From assembly GCF_009914755.1 (NCBI RefSeq), contig NC_060944.1: a stretch of DNA of 64,000 nucleotides; one strand, 5' to 3'. The notes under the pieces were generated by a model. That model was given only the letters and a program-made list of their open reading frames with translations, was not told the origin of the DNA and did no database searches. The position numbers and the translations under genes were made by a program. Positions 1 through 18,330 of the stretch are shown one piece after another. Each line of letters opens with the position of its first letter. The stretch's first letter is position 1. Origin of the DNA: the human T2T-CHM13v2.0 reference genome, Homo sapiens.

Positions 1-189
1 GTCATTGGTGATCTTGATGAGGGCATTTAACCTCACTTTGGGCCACTTGATGGTGAAGGTAAAAAGGAAAGCCAGTAGATTCCATAACTCTCATTATTGT
101 CCAGAAGGAAATCTACCAGTTGTTCAAGACACCCCAACTTGTCCTGGGAGCTTGTCATTTGAGTTCTTCAAAGGAGGCATTGAATAATA

Positions 190-437
190 CAGCTGACTCT
201 TGAACAACACAGGTTTGAACTGCATGGGCCCTCTTATATGTGGATTTTTTTTCTACCAAATGCAGATTGAAAATACAATATTCACAGGATGCCAAGTATG
301 CATATATGCAGGGCTGACTTTTCCTATGCGGGTTCCTCAGGGTTGACTTCAGGACATGAGTTTGTGTGGATTTTGGTGTGCGCAAGGGAGGGAAAGTATC
401 CTGGAACCAATTTCCCACATCTACTGAGGGATGACTG
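190..437. mobile_element. MER8 (Tigger2-derived MITE, TcMar)
   Basis: Termini ta|cagctgactcttgaacaacacaggtttgaactgc ... gagggatgactg; about 245 bp. Confidence 0.8.
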
Positions 438-681
438 CATAATGAATATTGTCAGCAAGAGTTTTATAGCAGAGCCATAGGTCAACGTTATACTCCCAGG
501 ATATAAGCGGTGCTGTGGGAAGCATGGAGTGGGAGAGATTGTCATGTTGAGTATTTATCACTCCACTGATGCATGGAGTGTTCCATCCAGTTTGAGACTG
601 GGCTCTGCCTCCTGGAGAAGTGACAGCAGCCAGGTGCCACTCTCATGGAGACCAAGAGTTAGTGGCCTATGTGGAGGGCCA

Positions 682-795
682 CAAGGCCGCCCTGTTACAC
701 AACTCCAGGCAACACATCTACATCATGGTCTATGTGAAATGAGCTTCCTGGTGTTGTGCAGTGCACAAACTGCGCTGCTGTACGAAACAGGCCTG
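682..795. mobile_element. MER91-like hAT MITE
   Basis: Palindromic cacaactccagg...cctggtgttgtgcagtgcaca core. Confidence 0.55.
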
Positions 796-1179
796 ATGTG
801 ACAAGAGGCAGCTAAGGGTATCCCCAGAACTCCCAGAGGGATACTGGGACACTGTTGTCTGAAGAAGGGAAAGTAAGTGATGGAAGGCAAAACAAAAGAT
901 GCTCACATCCTAACACGAAGGACAAATTCCAGATGGAAATAAGGCACATGCTCTCTTTATTCTTTAATCCCCCAAACTTCAAAAGGAATTTTATTGTTTT
1001 CTTCCTGCCATCAAATCTGTGACTTGTTTTAGGGGAAGGACAAGGTACGTGTGTGTGTGCGCGTGCATGTGTGATGGGGTGCGGGGTTATATAGCCTCTA
1101 CCCTTCTCTCCTTTCTCTCCAAAATTCCTAACTGGGAGGATTTTTCTAGTCATTGGAGGAAAGGTGTTTGGGAATATAT

Positions 1180-1600
1180 TAATTAGAGCAAGCCTAAGCC
1201 GCTGTAATAAAGAGGTCACAAAATACAGTGGCTTGAAGAAAAGAGAAGTTTATCCCTCTCATGTAACAGCCTCAAGGTTAAGTAGTGCAGGGTGGGGAGA
1301 TGGCTCTGTTCCACATGATCACTCAGGTATCAAAGATCCTTTCATCTTGTTTCTCTGTATCCTTCATGGTGTTATCTTCATCCCCATTGTCAGAACTTGG
1401 TCACCGCACATCTATGTTCAGGGAAGGAGAAAGAATGTTAGGAAAAAGGTGCCCCATCCCTTCTGTTCATATGCCATTGGTGACAACTTAACCATGTGGC
1501 CACACTGGCCACAAAGAAGCCTGGGATGTGTTGTTGCTAGCTGGGGAATCAGCATTTGTTCAGTTTAAGCTCTATTACTGTGGAAAAAACTTAGAATGGG
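1180..1600 (-). mobile_element. Old MaLR LTR (MLT1J/K/L-like)
   Basis: gctgtaataaa...cagtggcttgaagaaaagagaagtttat...ctcatg antisense MLT1 pattern. Confidence 0.55.
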
Positions 1601-1663
1601 TTAAAGTAAGTAACTGGCAAAAACTGGTTCTTTTTGCTCTCATCTCTTTTCTAAGCATTTTTA

Positions 1664-2087
<424 letters not shown>

Positions 2088-2659
2088 TACTGAAAATTTG
2101 AAGATTCTTTCCGTGGGTCCCTTTCTGACCATTTGACCTAGGTACATGTGCCAGCCCTGTGTATCCATTCCAGTCATAATGTGGAGGGTCCTGGGGTTAA
2201 AAGGTATATGAAAAAGAGTCTTATCAGTCAAGCTCGCATGTCAACCCACAATAATGACCGTAACAATGAATAACAGCAATTATAATTATTAACATGTTTA
2301 GTTTACACATAGATGTATCACTTATAATGCTCTGTAATTTATTTTTAGTAATATGTACATGACTTTTCCATAAGTCAAAAGTCTTGAAGGACTGACTTTC
2401 TAGGGAGAAGAAGTGACTCACTTTGCCTGGAGAGCTGGGAAAGAGGAGCCACTGAGATGGGCTTTGAGAGGATGACTAGGAATCCCCAGAGAGAAAAAAG
2501 AGAGCAAATGGAATTTTACGAATGAGAAATGTTAATAGCATGTATGAACTCTAGCATGTACTTTCAGTAAAACAAAATTTTTCTTTTTTTCTGTTTTTAT
2601 GACTTTGTTTCTCTTCCTCTCTCTCTCTCTCTTACACTCATTAATGGACACACCATGTA

Positions 2660-3140
2660 ACTGTTAGAATTCTTGTTTGCAAGTGACAGAAAACTCACCT
2701 CAAAAATATCTTAAATCAACAAAGGGAATTTATTGGCTCATGCAATTGCAAAGTTCAAGGGTAAATTTAAGATGTGGCTAAACTCAGAGGCCCAGACAAT
2801 AGTACCATGACCTGGTCTTTCTCCACCATCTGGCTCGGCCTTGCTGCATGCCAGATGAGCATTCACACCCACATGGTGCCAGGATGGCTGCCAGCTACGT
2901 CGGGTCTAAGTCGTCTTCATCTCAATGGAAATGAATGGAGAGCCTCTCTCTCCATTGTGCCCTATTGGCTCTGATTAGGTCAGGTGATCATCCTTGCGAT
3001 GCTCTCACGGGCTACAACTGAGACACGTGCCACAACTGAGACACGTGCCAACCCCTACCAGCAGGGGTAGAGTCAACTCTGTCTAAAGCTAGGGATTGAG
3101 AACTGGGAGAGAGTGATCTGCTGAAGGAAGAATTTGTTAC
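2660..3140 (-). mobile_element. MLT1K/L-like MaLR LTR
   Basis: ttgcaagtgacagaaaactca...aaagggaatttattggctcatg pattern. Confidence 0.6.
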
Positions 3141-3153
3141 TGAAGAAGGGTGA

Positions 3154-3847
<694 letters not shown>

Positions 3848-3974
3848 CTACCTATTGTGGGGAAACTTCAGTCTTAAAGACTGAATGGCCCTCAGAGCAG
3901 AGGAACCTGCAGGTGAATTGAGCTCTGAAGCACAACAAAGTGGAAGGCTGGGAAATGCGGCTGGTCCAGGGCTT

Positions 3975-4105
3975 AGCAGTCATCCAGCCTTTCCACTGGA
4001 CAGATGAGGAAACAGATCATAGAGGGTGAGGGACTTGTCTGAGCAAGTTGAGGCAGAGCGGGGACCCAAACCCCAGTGATGTGAAAGCCAGAGCCAGGCT
4101 CTGTC
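3975..4105 (-). mobile_element. MIR fragment
   Basis: acagatgaggaaacaga...agagggtgagggacttg MIR core. Confidence 0.65.
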
Positions 4106-4803
4106 TGTGGGTCTGGCAGCTGCCACATTTATTAGCTCCCTGATATCTCCTTGTTTCCTTGTATATTTTTACAAGGTTGTTAATTACCAGCCATAAAGCT
4201 CGGCAAACATTCTGATAGGCTTTAAAGGCTCATGAAAACAGCATTACATTTTAAGGCATGGTTTCCTTATTAATCTAATTAACTGTCAGCCTCACATCCT
4301 GCTGGTTTCCAGATGAAGCGAGCTGTGCCTTTCAGCTTCCGATTCAGCCCCAGTGGACAAGGCTTGGGGATGTCATCGCCACAATCTCTGAGCCAGGAAA
4401 GCAGCTCACACAGGCCCAAGGTGTGGGTTGCTGAAGCAGTGTCTAGATGCTCAGCATCGTGCAGATTTATATCTCAGGATGATCCATCTCTAGAACAAAG
4501 ACATGATGGCTTGGAAATAGCCCAGATTACAGCAAGTACATGGATGCCTCAGCTCAGGACCCTCCCAGGCCATGGTGCAGACACTTTTGGGTGACCTTAC
4601 CCAGAGAGGCTCCCTTTCCAGAGCTCTGTCCTCATTTATAACCCTGACCCTGGCACCCTGCTCTCCCACAGCAGCTGTTTGGACTGAGATGGACACCTGA
4701 CCCAAAGAAGGCTCAGTCACCTCTGACCTGTAGCCTGGCTTGAAAGAGGGGCTGGGCCAACCAGAGGCAGGTCTGGAGATAGAGAACTAGAACTGGGAAA
4801 GAG

Positions 4804-6035
<1,232 letters not shown>

Positions 6036-6119
6036 AAGGGCTTGAGATGAAAATTCACACAGCATCTGGGCTGGGGCAAGGGAGCCACCATGGCTGGTGC
6101 CCTGCCTATGTCTGCAAGA

Positions 6120-6525
6120 CCCTCAGCTCTACCCCCTGAAGGTATAATCACAAACACCTGCCACCTCCCACCTGAGGGCTTTTATCTGGCTGCTTTCTGC
6201 TGAGGGCACGTCCACCTGCATGCAGGGAAAGCCTACTAGAGGGTTAATGGCCAGAAGCAGCCCTCCACCAATGACTGATGGGATACAGACCCAGCTCCCT
6301 TGCCTGGGGTGGGGCAACTCTGCTTCCATGATCTACACTGTCTCCAGCATCCCCGGGCAGGAATGGGCTCCCATTGCCCACGGGGTAACTGGCTTGATCA
6401 TGTGCCTTTCTTTTCTCTGTCTCACTTTGCCACTCCCCTACTGGTACTTCCTGGGATCACCTCCCAAGTAAATGACTTGCCCTTGAACCTCTGTCTCAAG
6501 GTCAGCTTCTGGGGGAACCCAAACA
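6120..6525 (+). mobile_element. LTR16-type ERVL LTR
   Basis: cctgggatcacctcccaagtaaatgacttgc...cttctgggggaacccaaac 3' end. Confidence 0.75.
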
Positions 6526-7236
6526 GTTAGGTGGCATGTGGACATGATGTGGAGATACGGGCAGAGGAAGCTGGCGTGGGAGGGGAGAGAGGGAAACGTG
6601 GATTCCAAGAGAGGGAAAGGGTTTCTGGGTTCCTGAGTCTCTAGTTCTGGTACCTATGAGCACTGCCCTGTGCCTCTCCCCCGTGGCTCTCCAAGTAGTT
6701 ACATAAGTGGGGTGTTAGGTGTTCTGGAACCTAAGCTAGTTTAGCCTCTTCCCTATCTAGATGCAGCAAATTCTCTTGGACTCTTCCAGATTCTTCCCTC
6801 AAATATGGAATTATCAGGCAAGTTGATGCCTCTTGCTCTGGGGGAAAGGTAGCCCCAAGACATTCTGTGGCTATGTAAATATGCCCCCCAAAATAAATCC
6901 ATGGTTTGTAGAGTGAAAATTGAGCAAATCTGCATACAGGCCAGGAGCTACCCAGAAGGTCAGGAATCGAGGCCACATGCCCTTTTCTTTTGAGGTAAAA
7001 CATGATCACAACCTTTCTGGTTAATTGTGATGAGCCTGACTGAGGCCCCTGGAGGAAAAAAAGATGTAAAGACCCACAGGGAAAAGAACCGTACCTGTGG
7101 GAGTCTGCACTAATGACTAGTGTTAAATACCAACTTCTTCCGTAGCTGCTTCTGGTTATGACTTCAAGTATGTTTTCTCATTCTCAGCATAATTGAAAGG
7201 CGTCAAATGATTAACACCAGAGGTTAAGATCTAGAA

Positions 7237-7436
7237 GAATTTTGTCCAACCTGTGGGCTGCAAGCACCCCAGGGCAGCTTTGAATGTGGCCCAACTTTCT
7301 TAAGATGTTATGAGACTTTTTTTGTGATGTATAAATTATATAAGCTCTTCAGCTACCGTTAGTGTATTTTACATGTGGCCCAAGACTATTCTTCTTCCAA
7401 TGTGGCCCAGGGAAGCCAAAAGATTGGGCACCCCTG
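7237..7436 (-). mobile_element. MER30 (hAT-Charlie MITE)
   Basis: gtggcccagggaagccaaaagattgggcacccctg terminus; perfect 8-bp TSD atctagaa at 7229-7236 and 7437-7444. Confidence 0.9.
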
Positions 7437-7459
7437 ATCTAGAAGTTAGGAGTCTTTCA

Positions 7460-7853
<394 letters not shown>

Positions 7854-8255
7854 TCATAATCTGTGTAGGCAGGAGAGAGGAAGCAATGGAGCCAGCAGGG
7901 TCTGGAGTCAGAGAGGAGTGGGAGTGGTTGGGTTGGCTGGCTTCAAGACTAGAGGGGTTCTTAATAATATAGGGTGCTATAGTCACAAGTGGGGGTGCAT
8001 CCCAGGTGTTAGCAGGGTCCAACCCTTGGGTCTAGGGGTAGCATGATATTTATGACAATAATGATGGTGAACATGATAATGGGCATGACCACTCCTGTTT
8101 ACAGGTGAGAAAACTTTACCCCTCTCAGCAGGACTGTCAGGTCCAAGGAGTAAAATTGGACCCTAAAAAATAGGATTCAACAGTCCTATTTGGGTCAGGG
8201 TGAACTCTTTGGCACCAAGGCTCTGGACACTTTGAGGGTGAAGCCAGGTGGGGTG

Positions 8256-8319
8256 GGGCTGGTTCTGGGGAAGGGCTGGTTCTGGGGAAGGGCTGGTTCT
8301 GGGGAAGGGCTGGTTCTGG
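8256..8319. repeat. 17-bp G-rich minisatellite (gggctggttctggggaa), about 3.8 copies
   Basis: Perfect tandem copies starting 8256, 8273, 8290 and a partial copy at 8307. Confidence 0.95.
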
Positions 8320-8730
8320 TGGCCTGAGATGCAGCAGGACTGAACAGGACTGTCCTTCCAGTAACCTCCATCCTTCCTCATCGAGCATGTCCCAACCCCA
8401 AACCTGTTTGGCACTTGCCTGATGGATTTAAATTGATGCCCTCAAAACTGCAAAACTAGGGCCAGTTCTCCCCCCTTTCTGTCCACGCACCTTCAAGAAT
8501 TTAATGAGCTTGTCTAGGTTAAAATGTTTTATTCAAGCCCAATGTTTGTGGTATCACTGAGGAAGCAAATCCCAAACTAATAGAAGTTGCGTGTAATGTA
8601 AAATAGCAATTAATCTCCATCATGAAGGGTAAGAAAAATTAACAAACCGCTGTTCAAATATTTATTAGGAGGAGAGACTGGACAGATATTCTTAGTCTAT
8701 TACTGGGGGCAATTGAAATACAAGGAAACT

Positions 8731-9030
8731 GGGCTGGGCGCGGTGGCTCACGCCTATAGTCCTAGCACTTTGGGAGGCCGAGGCGGGTGGATTACCTGAG
8801 GTTGGGAGTTTAACACCAGCCTGACCAACATGGAGAAACCCCATCTCTACTAAAAATTCAAAATCAGCTGGGTGTGGTGGTGCATGCCTATAATCCCAGC
8901 TACTTTGGGAGGCTGAGGCAGGAGAATCGCTTGAACTCGGGAGGCAGAGGTTATGGTGAGCCGAGATCCTGCCATTGCACCCAAGCCTGGACAACAAGAG
9001 CAAAACTCTGTCTCAAAAAAAAAAAAAAAA
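8731..9030 (+). mobile_element. AluS
   Basis: Alu dimer; caaggaaactg flanks both sides. Confidence 0.95.
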
Positions 9031-9384
9031 CCAAGGAAACTGTCTGGTCCGTAACTGGGCATGGGGATGGGGTGGGCTTAGAAATGATTCCAGTAGGTGA
9101 GGGGTTCAGTGCCAGCCCAGGTGGGTGGGGAGGGGTGAGACCTGTGGTCTCTTTGACATATTAGAGTGGTGGGCAACTTCTGGATGCTTCTTCTCACCTC
9201 TTCTTGCTGAAATCAGGTTATGGTTGTTCAGCCTGACATGATGGCCATCTTCGACACAGGCAGGAGGATTCTGGCCCCTGCTCCAGCCAGAGGTTTAGCC
9301 CTGAACCCCAGCCTTGACCCCTCCTACCGTTGTCCTGCCTCTATGTTCCCTTCATCTACCTCCTCTTTTTGATGGCCTTGGCAA

Positions 9385-9720
9385 TTCTTTTTTGTTTTTT
9401 TTTGAGATTGGAGTCTCATTCTGTAGCCCAGGCTGGAGTGCAGTGGTGCAACCTTGGCTCACTGCAACCTCGGCTCACTGCAACCTCCACCTCCCGGGTT
9501 CAAGTGATTCTCCTGCATCAGCTAGAGAATCGAGTAGCTGGGATTACAGGCACCCACCACCACGCCCAGCTAATTTTTTTTTTTTTTTTTTGTATTTATA
9601 GTAGAGATGGGGTTTCACCGTGTTGGCCAGGCTTGTCTCAAACTCCTGACTTCAAGTGATCCGCCCACCTCGGCCTCCCAAAGTGCTAGGATTACAGTTG
9701 TTAGCCACTGCAATTGGCCT
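9385..9720 (-). mobile_element. AluS
   Basis: Antisense Alu with a small internal duplication near 9456-9490. Confidence 0.93.
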
Positions 9721-9889
9721 AGGCAATTCTTAACAACTCTGGATTTTTCCCTACAAATGCTGAGCCACTCCCACAGGATTACCAACCACCTGTCCTCCTC
9801 CTACCAATACCCCACCTAAGACCTAGATAAAGGTGATGATAAAGGCTGGCACCTGGAAAACAAGGGTTCAGGCTTCCTTTCCCAGCTGA

Positions 9890-11242
9890 GGGAGATGCCT
9901 CCAAAGATGGCCGCCAACAACGCCTCCTGTCCCTGGACACGCAGGCTCCTGTCAAGAGGTGGCACTATTTCTCCTCCCTAGAATTTGGGCTGGCCTTGTG
10001 ACCTGCTTTCACTTGTGCCGGTTCCATGCCTGGCTTGTAAGAGGCCTAGCAGCTTCTGTTCTCTTGGAGCCCTGAGCCACTGAGAAAGAAATCCAACTAA
10101 CCTTCTGGAGACAGGCCCAGCCAGGGCCCAGCCGGTCCAACTACTCCTTGACAACCAAGGCTGCCACAAAGACAGGATAGAGGAAGGAACACAGAGGCAG
10201 GGCAATGGGAGGAGCCATTTAAGGCTGAGGTTCAGGGATGAGCCCCTGGATAGGGAAGGGGCCAGAACCTTTCTATGTGTGTCTTGAATGTTCCAGCTCC
10301 AGCTGAATGTGGGAGTGATCCCCAAAAATACCTTGTGGAGCAGAACTTCCCGTCTGCGTCTGGACATCCCTTAGAACCATAAGAAATAACTGTAATGAAG
10401 GCCAGGCCCGGTGGCTCACACCTGTAATCCCAGCACTTTGGGAGGCTCAGGTGGATAACCTGAGGTCGAGAGGTTGAGACCAGCCAGACCAACACCGAGA
10501 AACCCAGTCTCTACTAAAAATACAAAATTAGCCAGGTGTGGTGGCGCATGCCTCCCAGCTACTTGGGAGCCTGAAGCAGGAGAATTGCTTGAACCTGGGA
10601 GGCGGAGGTTGCGGTGAGCTGAGATTGAGCCATTGCCCTCCAGCCTGGGCAACAAGAGTGAAACTCTGTCCCAAAAAGAAAGGAAGGAAGGAAGGAAGGG
10701 AGGGAGGGAGGGTGGACTGTAATGGTTAATACTGAGTGTCAACTTGATTGGATTGAAGGATACAAAGTATTGATCCTGGGTGTGCCTGTGAGGGTGTTAC
10801 CAAAGGAGATTAACATTTGAGTCAGTGGGCTGGAAAAGGCAGACCCACCCTCAATCTGGGTGGATAGCATCTAATCAGCTGCCAGCATGGCTAGAATATA
10901 AAGCAGGCAGAAAAAAGTGAAAAGGTGAGATGGGCCTAGCGTCCCAGCCTACATCTTTCTCCTCTGCTGGATGCTTCCTGCCCTTGAGCATCCAAGTTCT
11001 TCAGTTTTGGGACTCAGACTGGCTCTCTGCTCCTCAGCTTACAGACGGCCTATCGTGGGACCTTGTGATTATGTGAGTTAATACTTAATAAACTCTCCTT
11101 TATATATATATATATATACATATATATATCCTATTTGTTCTGACCCTCTAGAGAACCGTGACTAATACAATAAACATCATCATTTTAAGCCACTGAGATT
11201 TGGAGTGGAGTAGCGTATTAAATAGCAATAGGTAACTGAGAC
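9890..11242 (+). mobile_element. MLT1G/H-type LTR hosting an Alu (10400-10712) and MLT2A
   Basis: ctccaaagatggccgccaac 5' part; ttttaagccactgagatttgg...gcaataggtaactgag 3' part. Confidence 0.65.
10718..11169 (+). mobile_element. MLT2A1/A2 (HERV-L) solo LTR
   Basis: tgtaatggttaatactgagtgtcaacttgattggattgaagg ... ctagagaaccgtgactaataca; internal (TA)n. Confidence 0.92.
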
Positions 11243-12079
11243 TCCAGCCCAGCTAGGACCAGTCTGGCACCCCCCTGCCATTTTGGATGCTGCAAACTAT
11301 ACTTGGCCAACTTCAGGATCCCCAGTTGACACCTACATGGGGTCTCCTGCTGCTGACCACCTGTCAGGGCTGCTCTGCCCACCAAGCTTCAAGCGGAAGC
11401 TCATGCCATTGTTCAACAAACATGGAGTCGCACCTGCTATTTAAGCCAATCCCTGTATTGGCCGCTGAGGATTCAGAGACACACTCCTGGCCTCTGAGGA
11501 GTTCACAGGCCCAAGGGGAGTCCGGCAGGAAGATAACATGCTAAAAGTCAGGGTGCAGAGTGTGAAATAGTAGCAGGACACAGTCCCAGGCAAGTTCAGG
11601 AGGTGGGAGTGGCAGCTATGCCCCAGTAGGCTTCATGGGGTTGGGTATTTGAGTGGTCAGCAGGGAGTTCTCCAGGCAGGTTGATTTTGTGCTGTCCCCT
11701 GTGGCCGTTCTCAATGCCGTTGCCTGCCCCCTGACCCCCTGCTCCCCAGCCCTGGGCCTCTGTGCTTCACCCAGGCAGGTTTTGCCCTCACTGGAGCCAG
11801 GCTCTACAGCCAATGGAGGATTTTAAGCAGAATGACATGGTGGTTGATGTTAGGTGAGGATTGGGAGGAACCAGAGACCTGGCCAGAGATGGGGAGCTCA
11901 GTGACAAGGCAGTTGCAGTGGTTAAGGTAAGAGAATCGTGGTGGAAAAGGAGCAAAGATCTGTGCCAAGGGGAGAGCCTAGGATTCAGAGGAGCCAGGCA
12001 ACCAGGTCAAAGTGCATGGACCCCCAATCCAGTGCTGATTCCACTGTAGAGCGAATAAAAAGTAATTTTAAAGGTTAAA

Positions 12080-12560
12080 AATACAGATGAGTACGTGGAG
12101 GTAAATACAAGGATGTCCTCGGGAGCTGTGATTGTGATGGTAAGAAGTTGGAAAGAATCTGTCTATCAAGAGGAAAATAATTACATAAATTATGGTAATT
12201 CTTACGATAGAACATTATCAAGGAGCTAAAAGGAATGAACTCAGGCATATGTAACAACATGAGTAAGTCTTGCAAATACACTGTTGCATAAAGAAAAGCT
12301 GCATAATGATATATATGGTAAAAAATCCACTTATTTACTAAAATATACAAAATAATATTATATATTTTCTATGGGTTCCTATAAAATGCGTGAATATATT
12401 TTTGAAAGATCTGGAAGGCACTTGCCAAGTTCAATATTTGGAAAGGGGCCATGGACCAGGATTGCAGAAGGTGGGCAAAGAAAACTTGTGCTCCGTTCAT
12501 AATTTTTTTTTAAAGAATGGTTCCATTTTACTGACATAATTAAATATTAATTAAAAATAG
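12080..12560 (+). mobile_element. Old L1 (L1ME-type) 3' fragment
   Basis: A-rich L1 3' end motifs such as taaattatggta. Confidence 0.55.
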
Positions 12561-12739
12561 AAAACAATGAATTAAGGATTTGATTCATAGGTATTGTTAA
12601 TCCCCCAAAATAATCAGCTCAGACCTTCACCCTCTGATCCCTCAAGGGAGCTGAAGTCCTACTACCAGACACTCATTCTGTGCCAGCGTCTGGGTGGCGG
12701 GAGTGTCACTGAGGAAAGGAGGGGATGAGAGTGTACCGA

Positions 12740-13155
12740 ACCCCTGTTGTTTGGCATGTTGTTTGTTGGCACATGACAAATCTTGTGTCATTGAATTGTC
12801 ACAGCTACCCTAAGCCGTGGGGGTGGGGGGGCGCGGGTATGACGATTCTTATTGTACAGATGAGCTGCGTGCATTTGGGAAATTCAGTCAAATAAATAGT
12901 TCAAGATCACACAGCATGCAAGTGGAAAGATTTGAACCCAGGTCTGTATTGTCCCAAAAGCCATACCCTCTCCTCTGTACCAAGGAGGAACAAGAGGACA
13001 GACAGGCATGGAATCACCTGGGAGCTTTCAAAGCACACAGGTGCCAGATCCTGCCCTCAGAGATGCCGATGTGATTGACCTGGGGTGGGGCCTGGGCTTT
13101 TTTTTTTCTTTTTTTAAAGCTGTGACTATGCCCTGCCAGGCTTGAGGACAACTGC
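12740..13155. mobile_element. MIR plus MER5A fragments
   Basis: tacagatgag...gatttgaacccaggtctg; gaatcacctgggagcttt...ctggggtggggcctggg. Confidence 0.6.
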
Positions 13156-13479
13156 CTTAACTGGAGTCCAGCTCATTCCTCTCAGATCAGCCACCACGGG
13201 GTGACTCTTTCAACCGTGCCTCCCATTACTCAAGGGCTGTCCTTTTGGACAATGACTTTGTGAGAAGTGTTTATTACACTTGGGTGCATTTTAAAAAGGT
13301 GGCTCACAAACCCTGTCTCAGATTTGAGTTCCCATTTTCTCACTGTTTTTTTATTAGAGAATTCGAGACGGGTTCTTCAAGAAAAAAAATTACCCTAAGA
13401 AATAACCACCTTATAGAACGAGCAGGATCATGAATAAAAAAAAAGAAATTAAAAAAATAACCAGTAATAATTTTATGTA

Positions 13480-13805
13480 TTTTATTTTACTTTATTTATT
13501 TATTTGAGACATAGTCTTGCTCTGTTGCCCAGGCTGGAGTGCAGTGGCACACTGCAACCCCCGCTGTAGAACTCGGCTCACTGCAAACCCCGCCTCCCAG
13601 GTTCAATCAATTCTCCTGACTCAGCTTCCCAAGTAGCTGGGATTACAGGTGCACACCACCATGCCTGGCTAATTTTCGTATTTTAGTAGAGACGGGGTTT
13701 CACCATGTTGGCCAGGCTGGTCTTGAACTCCTGACCTCAAGTGATCTGCTTGCCTCAGCCTCCCAAACTTCTGGGATTACAGGCGTGAGCTACCATGCCC
13801 AGCCT
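13480..13805 (-). mobile_element. AluS
   Basis: Antisense Alu dimer. Confidence 0.93.
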
Positions 13806-14169
13806 AATTTTATTTATTTTAAAGTCAGCGTTTCCTAGACCTCAGGCATTTGGGAGACAGCTTCACATTTGCCATGTTTGTATCACCACTGTTAATTTAC
13901 TTAGCATTTCACTTTAAATCAATACATAGTTCATAAACTTAAAAACTTTTATTTTAAAAGATAACTGTGTATCATCACTAAAAATGAAAAGCAAAAATAC
14001 TTGTAATAAACACATAACCATAAAAATAAAACATGGTTACTTTGTGTCCTACCTAAAATTTAGGAGCTCATATACCACCAGTGATGTGTGTCCTGTATTT
14101 TGGGAAATAGTTATAAATACTAAATTGAAAAGACTGAAACTTTTAGATAAAATCTTAATGACTCCTAGG

Positions 14170-16440
<2,271 letters not shown>

Positions 16441-16544
16441 TCCTCCCTGAGATGGCTCTTGGCTCGATCCTCACTTTCCTCATGAGGGCTCAAGTGCTGC
16501 CCTCACAGAACCCTTCCCTGATCATTTTTACATTTTCTTGTTTA

Positions 16545-16836
16545 ATTAAATTTTTTGTTTTGAGTTGGGGTCTTGCTCTATCATCTAGGCTGGAGTGCAG
16601 TGGTGTAATTACAGCTCACGTGCAGTCTCCATCTCAAACCATCCTCCCATCTCAAACCTCTCAAGTAGCTGGGACTACAGGCACGCAGCACCATGCCTAA
16701 CTAAATTTTTGATTTTTAGTAGACAGGAGGTCTTTCAATGTTGCCCAGGCTGATCTCAAACTCTTGAGCTCAAGCATTCCTCCCACCTCGGCCTCCCAAA
16801 GTTCTGGGATTACAGGTGTGAGCCACCGCGCCTGGC
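16545..16836 (-). mobile_element. AluJ
   Basis: Antisense Alu dimer. Confidence 0.9.
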
Positions 16837-17504
16837 CCCATGATCACCCTTTTAAACATTGCAGCTGCCTTGTCTGCTTGAGTCTTCTCCAGACCACTCA
16901 TCACCTTCTGATGAATGTGCAATTTACTTTAAAAGGAATGTGGTCCCATTGGGGGAAGAGTTTTTTTGGCCTGTTTGTTCACTGATGGGTCTCCAGTGTC
17001 TTGAACAGTATGTGGCACCTAGCAGGTGCTTGGTAAATATTTACTGAATAGCTTGAACAAAGGGCGGAACTGGATGGAGCCTTTGGAAGTCATTGAGTTT
17101 GCCAGTCTTTAGGTTTATTTCCAATGAAATCTGACATGGAAGCCCCATTTTGAAACAGATCAAAGAGAGCAACAGCTGAGCCCTCTCTGCAGGTGTCCTG
17201 GGCATACCCGCTCCTATGCTGGTGACAGAAAAACTGCCCAGAGAGGGGATGTCCCTTTCCCACATAACTCTACACTCAAAAATCACAGATATAAATAAGC
17301 GAGAGTTTCTTTTTCTGCTTGAAAGGCTTACTTGAAGGCCTAAAAAGAAAACAAGAATGAGCACAGCCTAAATGAATGTTCCCTGGGCTGAGAATTCTCC
17401 CAGTATCTGCAAAATCCTTTCCACAACAGAAAATCCCAAGTTCTCTACACTGAATTAGATTCATGGGAAACCAGAGGGATCAGTTTACTGATGCTAGAAG
17501 AAAG

Positions 17505-18330
<826 letters not shown>

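Noticed and set aside
8137-8414. Pro-rich repetitive ORFs
   Set aside because: Translation of the 17-bp minisatellite.
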